Under the pieces are notes generated by a model that had not been told where the DNA came from, made no database searches, and saw only the letters and a list, made by a program, of their open reading frames with translations. DNA of 64,000 nucleotides. It comes from Polyangiaceae bacterium. Lineage in GTDB: Bacteria; Myxococcota_A; Polyangia; Polyangiales; Polyangiaceae. Numbering within the stretch: the first letter of the stretch is position 1; each line of letters opens with the position of its first letter. Of the stretch, positions 12,554 through 22,500 are shown one piece after another. Location of the stretch: assembly GCA_044376115.1 (NCBI GenBank), contig JBILLK010000004.1, positions 224,001 to 288,000 of the forward strand, read 5' to 3'. A program made the position numbers and the translations under genes.

Positions 12554-12653
12554 TTCCGCCTCGCAGAACATCACGCGCCCTAGGCGCGCTTAGTCGCACT
12601 AAATCGCTCTATAGCCCACGGATCAATTGGCCCGCAGTCTAGACCTGGTCGAC

Positions 12654-12680
12654 CGGCTCGGCAACGTTGTGAGCCGAGCC
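12654..12680 (-). terminator. hairpin downstream of clpP
   Basis: CGGCTCGGC-N10-GCCGAGCCG, no U tract. Confidence 0.5.
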
Positions 12681-12685
12681 GCTCT

Positions 12686-13414
12686 TCACTTCGCTGTCTT
12701 ATCCGTCTTTTTCTCGCCCGACTTCTCATCCCGAACTGTCTTCTCGCGGGGCGGAAACACCTCGTCGATCAGACCGTACTCCTTAGCCTCCACCGGGGTG
12801 AGGTAGAAGTCGCGATCGAGATCCTTACTGATCTGCGCCGGGTCTTTCTCCGTCGCCTTGGCCAGAATCCCAACCAAGAGTTCCTTTAGGCGCTTGATCT
12901 CTCGAGCTTGGATCTCGATGTCGGTCGCCTGGCCGCGCGCGCCTCCAAGCGGCTGGTGAACCATGATCCTCGAATTCGGAAGCGAATAGCGCCGCTTCTT
13001 TTGCCCTGCGGCGAGCAGAACCGCCCCCATTGAGGCTGCTTGCCCCAAACAGATGGTCGAGACGGGGCAATGAATGAACTGCATCGTGTCGAAAATTCCG
13101 ATGCCGCTGGTTACAACGCCGCCTGGGCTGTTGATGTAGAGCTGAACGTCCTTCTCGGGATCTTCGCTATCCAGGAACAGGAGCTGCGCAATGACTGCGT
13201 TGCACACGAAGTCATCGATCTCGGTTCCCAAGAAGACGATCCGGTCCTTCAGCAAACGACTGAAGATGTGCCACTCGCGCTCACCACGGTGGGTCGTTTC
13301 GGTAACGCTGGGAATGATGTAGTGGGCGCGTTCGGCAGCTGAGCGAACCTGAAGCTCGGCTTCATTCGCTTCTAAGAAGTGCATCGCCTGCGTCCGGTTT
13401 TCGATTCGCCGCAT
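12686..13414 (-). CDS. clpP: Clp protease proteolytic subunit
   Basis: [25 protein letters not shown]. Confidence 0.98.
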   Translation of the reverse strand: MRRIENRTQAMHFLEANEAELQVRSAAERAHYIIPSVTETTHRGEREWHIFSRLLKDRIVFLGTEIDDFVCNAVIAQLLFLDSEDPEKDVQLYINSPGGVVTSGIGIFDTMQFIHCPVSTICLGQAASMGAVLLAAGQKKRRYSLPNSRIMVHQPLGGARGQATDIEIQAREIKRLKELLVGILAKATEKDPAQISKDLDRDFYLTPVEAKEYGLIDEVFPPREKTVRDEKSGEKKTDKTAK

Positions 13415-13530
13415 TCGTCATCCCTCGGGAAGTCTCGATCAGTTGGAATCAGGCACGGTAGGCGCGCGCACAAGAAGCGCGAACGGCACCGCACAGGGGC
13501 GAACCTTAGCGCGCTTCGGTCCGACCTGCA

Positions 13531-13563
13531 CCAAGATGTCGTTCAGTACGAACGACATCTTGG
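13531..13563 (-). terminator. perfect 14-bp stem-loop after tig
   Basis: CCAAGATGTCGTTC-AGTAC-GAACGACATCTTGG; no U tract, so either a terminator or an mRNA stabiliser. Confidence 0.6.
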
Positions 13564-13576
13564 ATGCCGTCAGTGA

Positions 13577-14848
13577 CTACTCTGTCTCAGTGGTGACGGC
13601 CGCGCCTTCGAGCAGATCCAGGATCTTGTCCTCGAGGATCATGGCGATCAGCATCTCGCGACGTTTCGGATCACGGTACTCCGCCTTCACCTTGGCGACG
13701 TTCTTGCCCGTCTGCTCGGCAAGCTCGACGTAGCCCTTTTCGATGTCATCGTTGGTGACCTTGATCTCCTTGATGCGCGCGATCTCCGCCATCAAGAGAC
13801 CGGCGCGAACCTTGACCTCGGCGTCCATACGGATGCGGGTGCGCATGTCTTGAGTCAGGTTGAAAGCTTGGCCCGACCGGCGCGTTGCCTGGGCGAGCTC
13901 TCGCTCGGTCATCTGACCCTGCTGATCGACCAGGCTCGGCGGAACCGGGATCGGGTTGGCCTTGCAAAGCTCCACCACGAGCTGCTCAGCGACCTGCTCG
14001 CTCTGGCGCTGCTTGGCGTTCTTCTCGAGCTTCTCGGTGACGTCCTTCTTTAGCGCGTCGAGGTTCTCAAACTCGCCACAATCCTTCGCGAGTTCGTCGT
14101 CGATCTTGGGCAGAATGCGCTCCTTGATCGACTTGACGACGAGCTTGAAAACGCCTGGCTTGCCGCGCAGGTCAGGGGCGGAGTGGTTGGTCGGGAAGGT
14201 GATCGTGACCTCCCGCTCCTCATCCACGTTTGCACCGGTGACGGCGGTCTCGATGTCTTTCATCGTCTCGCCAGAGCCGATCTCGGTCGTGATCGTCTGC
14301 TCGCCCGAGGGGTGAGGCTTGCCGTCAACGAGCAGCTTGAACGAAAGCTCGACGGTGTCTCCGTCCTTGGCGGCACGTTCGGGGTTGGGCGCCTCGAGAG
14401 TCGAGTGCTCGCGCGCGAGCCGGTTGAGCTCGGCCTCGATGGCACTTTCCGCGATGGAGATCTTCTGCTTCGAGACCGGGAGCCCCTCCCACTTCACCTC
14501 GGCAACCTCGGGACGAACCTCGAAGCGAGCCTTGTAAGAGAAAGCGGCGTCCGGGCTGAGCGCACTGGGCGCCACCGACGGCTTCGACAACGGCTGTACC
14601 GACTTCTCGGCGAGTGCCTTGTCCAACGTCTCATCCACGAGACGCTGCGCTACGTCAGCGTGGATGCGCGGACCATAAAGGTGCACGAGCACTTGGCGCG
14701 GCGCCTTTCCTGGCCTGTACCCGCGGACGCGGGCGGTTCGGGCTATCGCGGCAAAGGCCTTGTCGACCTCAACGCGAACCTTGTCGACTGGGATCTCCAC
14801 GGAGAACTCGACGACGACCGGAGAAAGCTTCTCGACGGATACTTGCAT
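13577..14848 (-). CDS. tig: trigger factor
   Basis: MQVSVE start, GYRPGKAP ribosome-binding signature, FKBP-like middle domain, position upstream of clpP-clpX-lon. Confidence 0.96.
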   Translation of the reverse strand: MQVSVEKLSPVVVEFSVEIPVDKVRVEVDKAFAAIARTARVRGYRPGKAPRQVLVHLYGPRIHADVAQRLVDETLDKALAEKSVQPLSKPSVAPSALSPDAAFSYKARFEVRPEVAEVKWEGLPVSKQKISIAESAIEAELNRLAREHSTLEAPNPERAAKDGDTVELSFKLLVDGKPHPSGEQTITTEIGSGETMKDIETAVTGANVDEEREVTITFPTNHSAPDLRGKPGVFKLVVKSIKERILPKIDDELAKDCGEFENLDALKKDVTEKLEKNAKQRQSEQVAEQLVVELCKANPIPVPPSLVDQQGQMTERELAQATRRSGQAFNLTQDMRTRIRMDAEVKVRAGLLMAEIARIKEIKVTNDDIEKGYVELAEQTGKNVAKVKAEYRDPKRREMLIAMILEDKILDLLEGAAVTTETE

Positions 14849-14914
14849 GGGTAGGGCTCGCGGCCTTAGACCCGACACCCTTGGGGATCAAGCGCCATCC
14901 CCTTCCCCCCGCCA

Positions 14915-14953
14915 AAAAGCGTAGGGCGCCACGTTTGGCGCCCTACAGCTTTT
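14915..14953. terminator. bidirectional intrinsic terminator
   Basis: AAAAGC-GTAGGGCGCCA-CGTT-TGGCGCCCTAC-A-GCTTTT. Confidence 0.75.
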
Positions 14954-14978
14954 GTGCATAACCCGAGAGGGCTCGCCC

Positions 14979-15152
14979 CTAGTAGCGGTCGTTGCTCATT
15001 TCACTGAACGGATCCTCGGAGTCGAACTCCACCTCTGCGTCGAAGGCGTTGTCCTCGACCATGTCCTCGAGCGAAAGTCCGATTCGACGCTCGCTGCTCA
15101 GCACGTCTCGTTCAAATTCAGCGAAGTTCTTGAAAGACTTGGGAAGCGACAT
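14979..15152 (-). CDS. small acidic hypothetical protein (57 aa)
   Basis: GGAGGG RBS before MSLPKSFKNFAEFER; own terminator; 16 of 57 residues are D/E. Confidence 0.75.
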   Translation of the reverse strand: MSLPKSFKNFAEFERDVLSSERRIGLSLEDMVEDNAFDAEVEFDSEDPFSEMSNDRY

Positions 15153-15525
15153 GAACCCTCCAGGGAAAGACGTGGCTTCGCGGCGCCGCCGCGAAAGCTG
15201 AAAAAAAGAAAGCAACCAAGGAAGACGCCGCTCACACGCGGCGAGAGAAGATCGACGTCACGCTGGCCAGGTCCTCGGTTCCGAGCCCAGGCTGAAGCCG
15301 TGGGTCGCGTTGCCAGAAGCCCTGCGCCACGATTCGGTCTGCCGCTTCCCACGAAGAATCGCGAAGAGCAGCGTTCAACCCGGCCCGCAGGGAGCGACGC
15401 GATTTCGCTTGACTCCGACTTAGACCTACATCGTGCGACATGTCGCTGAACGTAGTCGCGAGTAGTTGGTCGGCCAAGTTTCCACGTGCGTTTTTTGAAC
15501 GCCGCTCGACGACCCGCTGGAGGTC

Positions 15526-16503
15526 GTGTACCCGGGGCACGCCTTGGGAATCACATTGGCCGTTGCAAACCAGAAGGGCGGAGTGGGGAAAACCACTACC
15601 AGCGTCAATCTCGCGGCTAGCCTCGCCGCTGCCGAACGTCGGACGCTGCTCATCGACTGCGATCCGCAAGGAAACGCGACAAGCGGGAGCGGCGTCGATC
15701 GCCGCTCGATTGAACGCTCGATCTACGACGTGCTCTTGGGCCACGCGACCTTGGCGCAGGCCGCCGTTTCTACGGCGCTCAGCAACCTAAAGGTCGTAGC
15801 GGCCACGCAAGATCTAGTCGCCGCAGAACTCGAACTGATCGATCAGCCAGATCGAGCCGAGATCCTCCGCAAAGCGATCGCCGCGGTTCAGGCGCAATAC
15901 GACTTCATCGTGCTCGACTGTCCACCGTCTCTTGGGCTGTTGACGGTGAACGCGCTCACGGCTGCAGATCGAGTGGTTGTGCCGTTGCAATGCGAGTACT
16001 TCGCGCTCGAGGGGCTCACCCACCTGATGGCCACCATCGACCGCATTCGCGGCGCGCTCAACCCGACGCTGTCGGTCGAGGGGATCGTGCTTACCATGTT
16101 CGATGGCCGCAACTCGCTGACCCACCAGGTCGCTGACGAGGTGCGTGGCCACTTTCACGTCTTCGACACCGTCATTCCACGTAACGTCCGGCTTTCGGAG
16201 GCGCCCTCGCACGGCAAGCCTGCGCTACTCTATGACGCTCAGTCGCGTGGTTCGTTGGCCTATTTGAGCCTCGCGCGAGAGTTGGTCGAGCGCCTTGAAA
16301 AGGCAGGCCCGGCGCCAACGAATGTTGCACCGAGCGAGCCGCGGGCCGCCGAGCCCGCGACCCAACTTGAACCCGCGGCCGCTCCAGGCGAAAGCACGCC
16401 GGTGGACGAGACAACAACGCCGCGAGCAAGCAAACGGGTGACCGCGGAAGGGACTCGGCGACCAGTGAAAGCCGCCAAGGCGAAGGGACAGCCAAAGTCA
16501 TGA
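15526..16503 (+). CDS. parA: chromosome partitioning ATPase ParA/Soj
   Basis: NQKGGVGKTT, DCDPQGNAT, DCPPSLG, IPRNVRLSEAPSHGKP; ATGA overlap with parB; start may be 15544. Confidence 0.96.
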   Translation: MYPGHALGITLAVANQKGGVGKTTTSVNLAASLAAAERRTLLIDCDPQGNATSGSGVDRRSIERSIYDVLLGHATLAQAAVSTALSNLKVVAATQDLVAAELELIDQPDRAEILRKAIAAVQAQYDFIVLDCPPSLGLLTVNALTAADRVVVPLQCEYFALEGLTHLMATIDRIRGALNPTLSVEGIVLTMFDGRNSLTHQVADEVRGHFHVFDTVIPRNVRLSEAPSHGKPALLYDAQSRGSLAYLSLARELVERLEKAGPAPTNVAPSEPRAAEPATQLEPAAAPGESTPVDETTTPRASKRVTAEGTRRPVKAAKAKGQPKS

Positions 16504-17411
16504 ACGCTCCGCCCGACAAAAAACGAGCTCTCGGTCGCGGCCTTGATGCGCTGTTGCCCGTAAATCCCCCGCAGACCTCACAGCTGGCTGGGAATGTCGC
16601 TGAGAAGAGCGTCTTCTCCTGCCCGGTCGAGCGAATCGTTCCGCAGCCTGGTCAACCTCGTCAGCACTTCGACGACGCAGAGCTGGCCGAACTAACCGCG
16701 TCCATCGAGGAGCACGGGGTGATCGAACCGCTGGTGGTTCGGCGCGTGCCCTCTGCGATGGGGGACGCACGCAAGGACACCTTCGAGCTGATCGCCGGAG
16801 AGCGGCGCTGGCGAGCTGCACAGAAGGCTGGCCTGCGCGAGGTCCTCGTGGTCGTCAAGGACGTGAGTCCGGTGGCGGCGTTTGAGCTCGCCTTGGTTGA
16901 AAACCTTGCGCGGGCGGATCTCAACCCGATCGAGATCGCTGAAGCCTATGACCGGCTGATCCGTGAGCACAACTTTACGCACGACTCGCTCGCCCAGCGA
17001 ATGAGTCGAGACCGTACGACGGTCGTCAACGCGCTACGCCTGTTGAAATTGCCCACCGCGGTGCGCTCTCTCGTCATTTCGCGAGAGCTCTCCGAGGGTC
17101 ACGCGAGGGCGCTCTTGGGAGCTCCAACACCCGCTGCGCTGGCCGACATTGCTGACAAGACGGTTCGCGGACGACTGCCAGTGCGCAAAGTGGAGGAGCT
17201 GGTTCGGCTCGCCAAACGAAAAACCGGAAGCGGCGAGAAGACGCCAAAGAAGGAGGAAAAAACTCCGGCTATTCGCGACCTCGAGGCGCGGCTTGCACGG
17301 CGTCTCGGTACCCGCGTCGAGGTTCGGGATGAGAGCGGGGCCGGCCAGCTCGTGATTCACTACGGCTCGCTGGACGAGCTGGACAGGCTGCTTGCCCAGC
17401 TCGGAGTTTGA
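16500..17411 (+). CDS. parB: chromosome partitioning protein ParB/Spo0J
   Basis: ALGRGLDALL, QPR, IAGERRWRAA, ENL, HTH, GHARALL. Confidence 0.97.
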   Translation: MNAPPDKKRALGRGLDALLPVNPPQTSQLAGNVAEKSVFSCPVERIVPQPGQPRQHFDDAELAELTASIEEHGVIEPLVVRRVPSAMGDARKDTFELIAGERRWRAAQKAGLREVLVVVKDVSPVAAFELALVENLARADLNPIEIAEAYDRLIREHNFTHDSLAQRMSRDRTTVVNALRLLKLPTAVRSLVISRELSEGHARALLGAPTPAALADIADKTVRGRLPVRKVEELVRLAKRKTGSGEKTPKKEEKTPAIRDLEARLARRLGTRVEVRDESGAGQLVIHYGSLDELDRLLAQLGV

Positions 17412-17426
17412 GCCAGCGCGCAGTAG

Positions 17427-18419
17427 TTACTGGAGAGAGTCGAGTTCTTTCTTTGCCTTCTTGCCGATCGGGGTTTCCTTGCCAAGGTTGATGGCCTTGC
17501 GAAAGTGCACCTTTGCCGCCGGCTTGTTCTTCAGCGCGACCTGGCTCTGCCCCAGGTAGTAGTAGGCCGCCTGGAACTTCGGGTCGAGTTTGATCGCCGC
17601 CTCGAAATCGGCGGAGGCCTCTTTCTCGTTCTTCAAGGAGTGCTTGCATACGCCGCGGCGAACCAGAATCTCGGGATCCGCCTTCTTGAGCGCAACCACC
17701 CGGTCGAGCAGCCGGACACAGTCAGCGAACGCCTTCCCAGGCCCGAGCATTCGAGCGATCGTCGCCAAGCTCTGGGGGTCATCGTTGCGCGCAGCGGCGG
17801 CCTTGAGAAGGTGCGGCACCGCCTCCTCCGCCTTGCCGCTCTCGAACAGCAAGATCCCCAGCTGCAACCGCGTCTCAGCGCTCTCCTGCGACGCGAGCGC
17901 CTTGCTGTACGCCTTCGCCGCGTTCTCCGAGTCCTTCTTCAGGAAATGCGCATAACCGAGATTGGTGAGCAGAACCGGATCATTGGGAGCCTTGCGGAGA
18001 GCGTCATTGAGGAGCGGTAGAGCCTCGTCGGGGCGCGCCGGCTCAGACAGGTAGACCGCAGCGAGATTGGCGGCCGCGTCAACCATGCTTGGGTCCTGCT
18101 CCAACGCCTGCTTGTAGAAGGACTCCGCCTTCGACAAGTCCCCGCCGGTTTGCTCAACGACGACGCCACTGTAGAAGAGCCCCTCCGCGTTCTTGGGCTC
18201 GAGCTGAAGTGCGTTTTGCAGGTGAACTTCGGCCTCTTTGAACTTGCCGGACTTGATGAAGGCCACCCCGCGGTCGAGTTCTGGATTGCTTTTCTTCGCG
18301 GTGGGAGCCGGATCCGTCAGCGGGGGATCCGCCTTCAGCGGTTCGTCGACAGGCGGTTTCGTGGGGCAACCCGCTGCAAAGGCCAACAGGACGAACAGAG
18401 GCAAGCGGAGGCGGAGCAT
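17427..18419 (-). CDS. TPR-repeat lipoprotein
   Basis: Lipobox FAAGC after MLRLRLPLF; multiple TPR-like units (AL.LEPKN, AIKLDPKF). Confidence 0.88.
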   Translation of the reverse strand: MLRLRLPLFVLLAFAAGCPTKPPVDEPLKADPPLTDPAPTAKKSNPELDRGVAFIKSGKFKEAEVHLQNALQLEPKNAEGLFYSGVVVEQTGGDLSKAESFYKQALEQDPSMVDAAANLAAVYLSEPARPDEALPLLNDALRKAPNDPVLLTNLGYAHFLKKDSENAAKAYSKALASQESAETRLQLGILLFESGKAEEAVPHLLKAAAARNDDPQSLATIARMLGPGKAFADCVRLLDRVVALKKADPEILVRRGVCKHSLKNEKEASADFEAAIKLDPKFQAAYYYLGQSQVALKNKPAAKVHFRKAINLGKETPIGKKAKKELDSLQ

Positions 18420-18539
18420 GGTTTTTCGGTAGCACCTTTTCCACCGAAGGTGGATGGAGTTGGTAGTTCGCGTCGCCGAAAGCGCCGTGGTTTTCGACAC
18501 GCCGAGACAGCCCACCTTGGGTCACGGTTGAAAGACGGC

Positions 18540-21194
18540 TCAAACCGTCGGGGGCTGCAGAACGGAAAGCAAACGCTGTTCAATCTCGAGCGAGCGCGGG
18601 CCCGGCCGCACCTTCGAGCCGTCCGCCTCAGTGACGTAGAACACGTCCGCGATGCGGGTACCTTCCGTGTTGATCTTGGCGACACGGATCGACAGACCGA
18701 GCTCGAAAAATGCGTTTGCTATCGAGAACAAGAGGCCCGGACGGTCGAGCGTCGAGACCTCGATCACGCTCTGATTCGATGAGGCGCGATGGTCGATCGC
18801 CACACGCGTTTTCACCTCTGGGCCCGAGCGTTTGGGCCACGTCTTGCGTCTCAGAATCTCTTGAGGCGAGAGGCCACCGTCCAATAGCTCGGTGAGCGCC
18901 TTTCGAACGACGGGCAAGGCGCGTGGAATCGCCTGGGCTCCCTCGAATCGACCCTGCACCCAAAATAAATCGACGGCCGTTACTGAAGTTGGGCTGCGTC
19001 GCGAGTAGACCTGAGCGGCCAGCACGTCGAGGTTTGAAGCGCTCAACGCGGCAGCGATCTTGGCCAAGAGGCCCGGCCGATCTTGCGCGACGACGCAGAG
19101 TTCCGCGGCCTCCGGGTGACTTGAGGGTACGATCTCGATCGAAACCGGCTCGACGTGTCTCCTCACCACCGAGGAGTGAGCAACCACGGCGGGTGCCGAA
19201 CTGGAGGCGAGGTATCGATCTGGCATTGTTGCGAGAAACTCAGGGAGGAACGCCAAATCCTCATCGCGGTTCGGCTCGTCGACGAGGTACCCCTCGGCAA
19301 AGCTCACAATCTCCTTCCGCAACCGCTCGGCGCGCCCAGTCTCACCCCCGGCACCGGTAAGGAACGCATCGGTCGCGATGAAAAGCTCGTCCAACATGTG
19401 AGCCTTCCAAGAGGTCATCGACGTTGGGCTCGTGGTCGCGACGTCGACCACGGTGAGCAGAAACAAGTTCCGGAGCGTGTCGCAATCTGCCACGGCGCCC
19501 GCCAATTCCGACAATGTCGACTCGTCATCGACATCTCGGGCCGTTGCCAAGCGATACATCGTCAAGTGCTCGCGGATGAGGTGGGCAGCGGACGCCATAT
19601 CCTCTTCGCCAAAACCAAGACGGGCGAGGATCCCGGGGGCTACTTCTGCGCCACGGAGGCTGTGATCCTTGCGACCGATCGCCTTGCCGACGTCATGGAG
19701 CAGCACGGCGAAAGCTAGCGCTGGGTAGCGCACGACCTCCGCGGCCAATCGCGACGCGAGCGGGTGCTCTGTCGTCAACTGCCCGCGTGAGAGCGCCGCC
19801 AGCCGGTCGACTGCAGCGACGCTGTGAACATCGACCGTATACACGTGATAGACGTCGTGGTGGACCCGACCAACGAGAGGCAGGAACTCCGGAATCATCG
19901 CGGTCAGCAGACCTAGTTCGTGCATCTCGCGCAGAGGGCTACCTTTCTTGAGGCTGGTCTCTTTTCGAACTGAAACGAGTTCAACGAACAGCCGAGCCGC
20001 CTCGGGGTCCGCGCGCAACCGCTCGCAAAAGGCCTGTTCGCTGCTGAGCCGCATGACCGCTTCACGCGCAAAGGCGTACAGCGGTTTGTCGTGTTCCACC
20101 GCCGTAGCAACCAACCTGAGCGCGAGCGCCGGATCAAGCTCCAATGCCGCAGAGTCAGCGAACGTGACAGCGCCATCAAACAGCCGAAACCCGTTGCCTA
20201 GGTCCTCGTCCTTGGGACGTCGCTGATTCACGCACGTCGCGCGAGTGAACATCGAAGATACCGCCCGAGTTACCACCCTCGCGCCCCTGTAGTAGTCGCT
20301 CATCATGCGCTCGACGGCTACTCCGTCTTCGCCAAAACCAAGCCCGCGCGCGATCAACTCTTGCTCGTCGAAGGTGAGCCGATCGCTGCGTCTTCCAGCA
20401 TGAGCGTGCAGTAGGTGTCGAATCGACCATAGCCGCTCTTGAGCCTCCGCAACCTCCTTCGCTTCACGCGGGACCAGCGCCCCCACCCGCACCAGATTGG
20501 CGAGTTCCCCGCCGCCAAATCGAGCAGCGGCGGCCCAGCGGAAGATGTCGAGATCGCGCAGGCCTCCTGCGCCGTTCTTAACGTCCGGCTCCAATAGATA
20601 GACGCTGTCACCAAACCGCTCATGCCGTCGCTCGACCTCTGCCGCGAGCCGCGCACCCCAGCGTTCGAGCTCACTGGTCGAAAACAGGCTCCCCGACACA
20701 CGCCACACGAATTCGTCGGAGAGCGCTCGGTCTCCCGCCAAGAAGCGCCAATCGAGCACGCTGGTGGCGGTCGCCAAATCCTCGCGTGCAAGGTCCACCA
20801 CGTCCGACAACACGAGCGTTTGGTGCCCGACCGTCAGCCCCGCATCCCACAAGGGGTACAGCACCGCCTCCGACACCTGCTCCGCTTCCGCCTGCGACCT
20901 CGCGAGAAAGCGCAAATCCAAGTCGCTGCGCAAGGCCACCGCGCCGCGGCCGTAGCCGCCAACAGCTGCCAAGGCCACACGCCCACCATTGAGTGGGCGG
21001 AACGTCTCGAGCAGAAGTTCGTCGTATAAGCCCGAGAGTTCGCGCGCGAGCTGCATGCCCCATTCAGCACTGGCCGCTACATCTTTTCGCCGCGCTTGGA
21101 GCGCCTCGTCCGATACAAATCGAGTTTCGAGTTCGGCCCTTCGGCTCTGGATCAAGCTTTTGAGCGCTGGTACGGCGACAACTCCCGTGCTCAT
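18540..21194 (-). CDS. glnD: [protein-PII] uridylyltransferase/uridylyl-removing enzyme
   Basis: AVGGYGRG..SDLDL, EPDVKNGAGGLRD, HVYTVDVH, LLHDVGK, two ACT domains (DRPGLL); ATGA-coupled to the upstream gene. Confidence 0.96.
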   Translation of the reverse strand: MSTGVVAVPALKSLIQSRRAELETRFVSDEALQARRKDVAASAEWGMQLARELSGLYDELLLETFRPLNGGRVALAAVGGYGRGAVALRSDLDLRFLARSQAEAEQVSEAVLYPLWDAGLTVGHQTLVLSDVVDLAREDLATATSVLDWRFLAGDRALSDEFVWRVSGSLFSTSELERWGARLAAEVERRHERFGDSVYLLEPDVKNGAGGLRDLDIFRWAAAARFGGGELANLVRVGALVPREAKEVAEAQERLWSIRHLLHAHAGRRSDRLTFDEQELIARGLGFGEDGVAVERMMSDYYRGARVVTRAVSSMFTRATCVNQRRPKDEDLGNGFRLFDGAVTFADSAALELDPALALRLVATAVEHDKPLYAFAREAVMRLSSEQAFCERLRADPEAARLFVELVSVRKETSLKKGSPLREMHELGLLTAMIPEFLPLVGRVHHDVYHVYTVDVHSVAAVDRLAALSRGQLTTEHPLASRLAAEVVRYPALAFAVLLHDVGKAIGRKDHSLRGAEVAPGILARLGFGEEDMASAAHLIREHLTMYRLATARDVDDESTLSELAGAVADCDTLRNLFLLTVVDVATTSPTSMTSWKAHMLDELFIATDAFLTGAGGETGRAERLRKEIVSFAEGYLVDEPNRDEDLAFLPEFLATMPDRYLASSSAPAVVAHSSVVRRHVEPVSIEIVPSSHPEAAELCVVAQDRPGLLAKIAAALSASNLDVLAAQVYSRRSPTSVTAVDLFWVQGRFEGAQAIPRALPVVRKALTELLDGGLSPQEILRRKTWPKRSGPEVKTRVAIDHRASSNQSVIEVSTLDRPGLLFSIANAFFELGLSIRVAKINTEGTRIADVFYVTEADGSKVRPGPRSLEIEQRLLSVLQPPTV

Positions 21195-22483
21195 GAGGCG
21201 GCGAGCACGCTCTGAAAGCTGCGAATGCTCTGCGCAACGTCTGCGGAGCCCGCCATCTCTCGGCACGAGTGCATGCTGAGCATCGGTGCGCCAACGTCGA
21301 TGGTTGCCACGCCGATGCGTGCGGCGGTGATATTGCCGATCGTGCTGCCGCAGGGAAGATCGCTGCGCGTGACGAAGTGCTGGAAGGTCACTCCCGTGTC
21401 GCGTGCGGCGAGAAGTAGCCGCGCCTGCGTCTCGCCAGTCGTTGCGTACGACTGATTGGAGTTGGTCTTTATCACGAGGCCCTTGCCGAGCTCGGGCACG
21501 TGATTCGACTCATGGACCTCGGAGTAGTTGGGATGCACCGCGTGGGCCATGTCAGCCGAGACCAGGAACGACCGGGCCACGGCTCGCTCGAAGCCGTTCT
21601 TCTCGTTGTCGTCGAACGAGTCGGCGATGCGCCGTAGCGTTGCCTCGAGGAACGTTCCCTGCGCGCCCACGGCGCTGCGCGAACCACATTCTTCGTGGTC
21701 GTAGAGAACGACGAGCTGGGTGCTCTTGGTCGGCGGTTTGGATGCACGGTCAACCAGCGCCCTGGTCGCCGCGTGGCAACTGCCTAAGTTGTCCAGCCGG
21801 GGAGCGAACACCAGCTCTCCTTCCAGTCCGCCAAGCGAGCTTTTCTGTGTGTCGTAGAGCATCAGGTCAAAGCCCAGGATGTCGCCACGAGGGGCGCCAA
21901 GCTGCTTTGCCAGTAGGCTGACGAGATCGCTCTTGTCGCCAATCCCGAGCAAGGGAGGGAGATGCTTCTGCGCGTTGAGAACGTTGCCTTCGGTGTTGAC
22001 TCCCCGATTGAGGTGGATGGCCAATTGAGCCACCCGCGCCACCGGCTTCTCTAGGTCGACCAAACGCGAAACGACGCCCTCCGAACTCGCCAAGCTCACC
22101 CTGCCGGCCACCGACAGATCGCGGTCGAGCCAAGTTGAATAGATGACACCGCCGTAAGGCTCGACGGCCAGCTGCCGATAGCCTTTTTGATGTACATCCG
22201 GCACTGGTTTGAGCCTCAGATTTGGCGAATCGGTGTGGGCACCAATCATGCGATAGCCACCGCTCGTCGGCGGCTCGGCCCCGACGATGAACGCGACCAC
22301 GCTTCCTCCTCCGCGCACGACGTAGTGCTTACCGCCGGGGGCGAGCAGCCAAGCCTCCCGTTCGTCGAGTTCGCTGAAACCCGCCTGCGACAGTCGGCGG
22401 GTGACCTCATTGACGGCGTGGTAGGGAGTTGGTGAACGATCGATGAAGTTGCACAGATCCAGGGCGTCAGCGTCGTCGAACAT
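21191..22483 (-). CDS. M18 family (aspartyl) aminopeptidase
   Basis: SPTPYHA, GAHTDSP, RLDNL, DHEECGS, SADMAHAVHPNY, SMHSCRE. Confidence 0.95.
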   Translation of the reverse strand: MFDDADALDLCNFIDRSPTPYHAVNEVTRRLSQAGFSELDEREAWLLAPGGKHYVVRGGGSVVAFIVGAEPPTSGGYRMIGAHTDSPNLRLKPVPDVHQKGYRQLAVEPYGGVIYSTWLDRDLSVAGRVSLASSEGVVSRLVDLEKPVARVAQLAIHLNRGVNTEGNVLNAQKHLPPLLGIGDKSDLVSLLAKQLGAPRGDILGFDLMLYDTQKSSLGGLEGELVFAPRLDNLGSCHAATRALVDRASKPPTKSTQLVVLYDHEECGSRSAVGAQGTFLEATLRRIADSFDDNEKNGFERAVARSFLVSADMAHAVHPNYSEVHESNHVPELGKGLVIKTNSNQSYATTGETQARLLLAARDTGVTFQHFVTRSDLPCGSTIGNITAARIGVATIDVGAPMLSMHSCREMAGSADVAQSIRSFQSVLAAS

Positions 22484-22500
22484 GCGATAAGACGTAGCAG

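Noticed and set aside
15478..15493. GTTTCCACGTGCGTTT as parS
   Set aside because: Only about 9/16 match to the parS consensus and the right half is not palindromic
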